DNA of 64,000 nucleotides from an uncultured Eubacteriales bacterium (GTDB lineage Bacteria; Bacillota; Clostridia; Oscillospirales; Acutalibacteraceae). This document shows, piece by piece, positions 63,067 to 64,000 of the stretch. Numbering within the stretch: the first letter of the stretch is position 1; each line of letters starts with the position of its first letter. The notes under the pieces are model-generated. The model was not told the DNA's origin. It saw nothing but the letters and a program-made list of their open reading frames with translations, and did no database searches. Location: NCBI GenBank assembly GCA_934454655.1, contig CAKSFK010000001.1, positions 22,358 through 86,357 on the forward strand, given 5' to 3'. The position numbers and the translations under genes were made by a program.

Positions 63067-63899
63067 ATCATTCCTTTCTTTTTTGCAAGATAATCTATAA
63101 AATCGGCTACCGCGCCGTCCCCGCAGGACACCGCCGTGTAATCGGCATATTGCCGCACATCGTCGGGCGCGCCCGAAGGCACCGCGCCGATATCCGCCGT
63201 TTTTATCATTTCAAGGTCGTTGTAATAGTCCCCCATAGCAAAAACATTGCCTTTTTCAATATTAAGAATTCCGCAGAGCTTTTTAAGCGCGGAGGCCTTT
63301 GAAACGCCTTTCGGGAACTGTTCGTAGTAATATCTTACCTTATCGGCAATTACAGCCGAGGTATAAACAAAATCGGAATTGACGTTTTGTTTTGCAATCA
63401 TTTCCTTTGCCGCCTCGCGGTCGGCTTCGCACGAAAAGAGCATTACCGCCTTGTTCCAGCGGTATTTTACGGCCTCATCGTAGCCGATATCGGTGCTTTC
63501 AAGCCATTCGTACTTTTGGTGAATATCGGTTTCCTCGGTGCGGCACAGCGTTAACACCCTATCGCCCGAATGAACCTCAATACCGATATTAAGCCCCATA
63601 TCCATAACCTTTTTAACAATATAATAATCGCTTTTATCGACAAACAGCTCATCGAGAACCTTTTTGTTTTCGTAATCGTATATCATACTGCCGTTTGAAA
63701 CGATTGACGGGGAAACGCGCTTTATTTGCCTCAGTACCGGGCCTACCGCACCCACGGTTCTGCCGGTGGAAAGCGAAAAACAGCCGCCCTCGCTCATAAA
63801 ATATTCGATTTTTTCAACGTTTCGCGGATTTATATATCCGTTTGTCATCAGCGTGCCGTCAATATCACAGGCAAAAAGACAGCCTTTAAAAATTCCCAT
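63063..63899 (-). CDS. Cof-type HAD-IIB family hydrolase
   Basis: It has the DxDGT motif (FACDIDGTLM), STGR and GDYYNDLEM. The start is set at MGIFKG; the track ORF extends to 63986, into the upstream gene. Confidence 0.8.
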   Translation of the reverse strand: MGIFKGCLFACDIDGTLMTNGYINPRNVEKIEYFMSEGGCFSLSTGRTVGAVGPVLRQIKRVSPSIVSNGSMIYDYENKKVLDELFVDKSDYYIVKKVMDMGLNIGIEVHSGDRVLTLCRTEETDIHQKYEWLESTDIGYDEAVKYRWNKAVMLFSCEADREAAKEMIAKQNVNSDFVYTSAVIADKVRYYYEQFPKGVSKASALKKLCGILNIEKGNVFAMGDYYNDLEMIKTADIGAVPSGAPDDVRQYADYTAVSCGDGAVADFIDYLAKKKGMI

Positions 63900-64000
63900 T
63901 TTTCCTGATTCTTTCCAAAAATTTCTCAAAATACTCGGGCAGAGGGGAGGAAAATTCCATATACCTGCCCGTTTCGGGGTGAACAAAGCCGATTTTTTCG
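63886..64000 (-). CDS. RluA-family pseudouridine synthase; only the C-terminal 37 codons are present because the gene enters from the right edge
   Basis: Hand translation gives EKIGFVHPETGRYMEFSSPLPEYFEKFLERIRKNGNF*. This matches the RluD/RluA C-terminal pattern (L.F.HP.TGE.ME....LP.DF). Confidence 0.55.
   Translation of the reverse strand, partial: EKIGFVHPETGRYMEFSSPLPEYFEKFLERIRKNGNF

Overview
This 64 kb window looks like a chromosomal segment of a spore-forming anaerobic Firmicute of the Clostridia (Oscillospiraceae/Ruminococcaceae-like). The evidence is spoVAD, ytvI, ymxH, an Rnf complex, T-box leaders, HrcA/CIRCE and many consensus sigma-A promoters. All calls come from reading the ORF translations and the DNA by eye; no database search was run. 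Most of the window is housekeeping on the minus strand: znuABC, a cysteine desulfurase, hom-lysC, der-plsY-gpsA, yceD-rpmF, rnfCDGEAB, a two-component system, thrS, comM, ybaK, nagA, a DHHW/MBOAT pair, hrcA-grpE-dnaK-dnaJ, a Trp T-box-controlled ABC importer and a split transketolase.

The main finding is a tightly overlapping 11-gene operon (569-11748, minus strand). It joins malate dehydrogenase, class II fumarase and a soluble FrdAB-like fumarate reductase to a complete HdrABC plus FlxABCD/MvhD module. I read this as a candidate flavin-based electron-bifurcating NADH:fumarate/ferredoxin oxidoreductase. A truncated rex gene lies beside it and rnf lies 20 kb away.

The second theme is repeats:
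- A 233 bp hairpin-rich element occurs in two inverted copies, each bracketed by a perfect duplication of a locus-specific stem-loop.
- A MITE family has about 28 bp terminal inverted repeats. Two inverted copies bracket a tRNA-Ala(GGC) and a strongly promoted 60-aa membrane peptide.
- A 47 nt double-hairpin repeat is perfectly conserved at two loci.
- A 35 bp palindromic element occurs four times.

Smaller accessory features are an orphan PqqD plus S24/S26 peptidase pair, a sortase B-LCP-substrate operon with an SPKTA sorting signal, and an AT-rich XRE / SLOG-remnant cassette flanked by diverged direct repeats.
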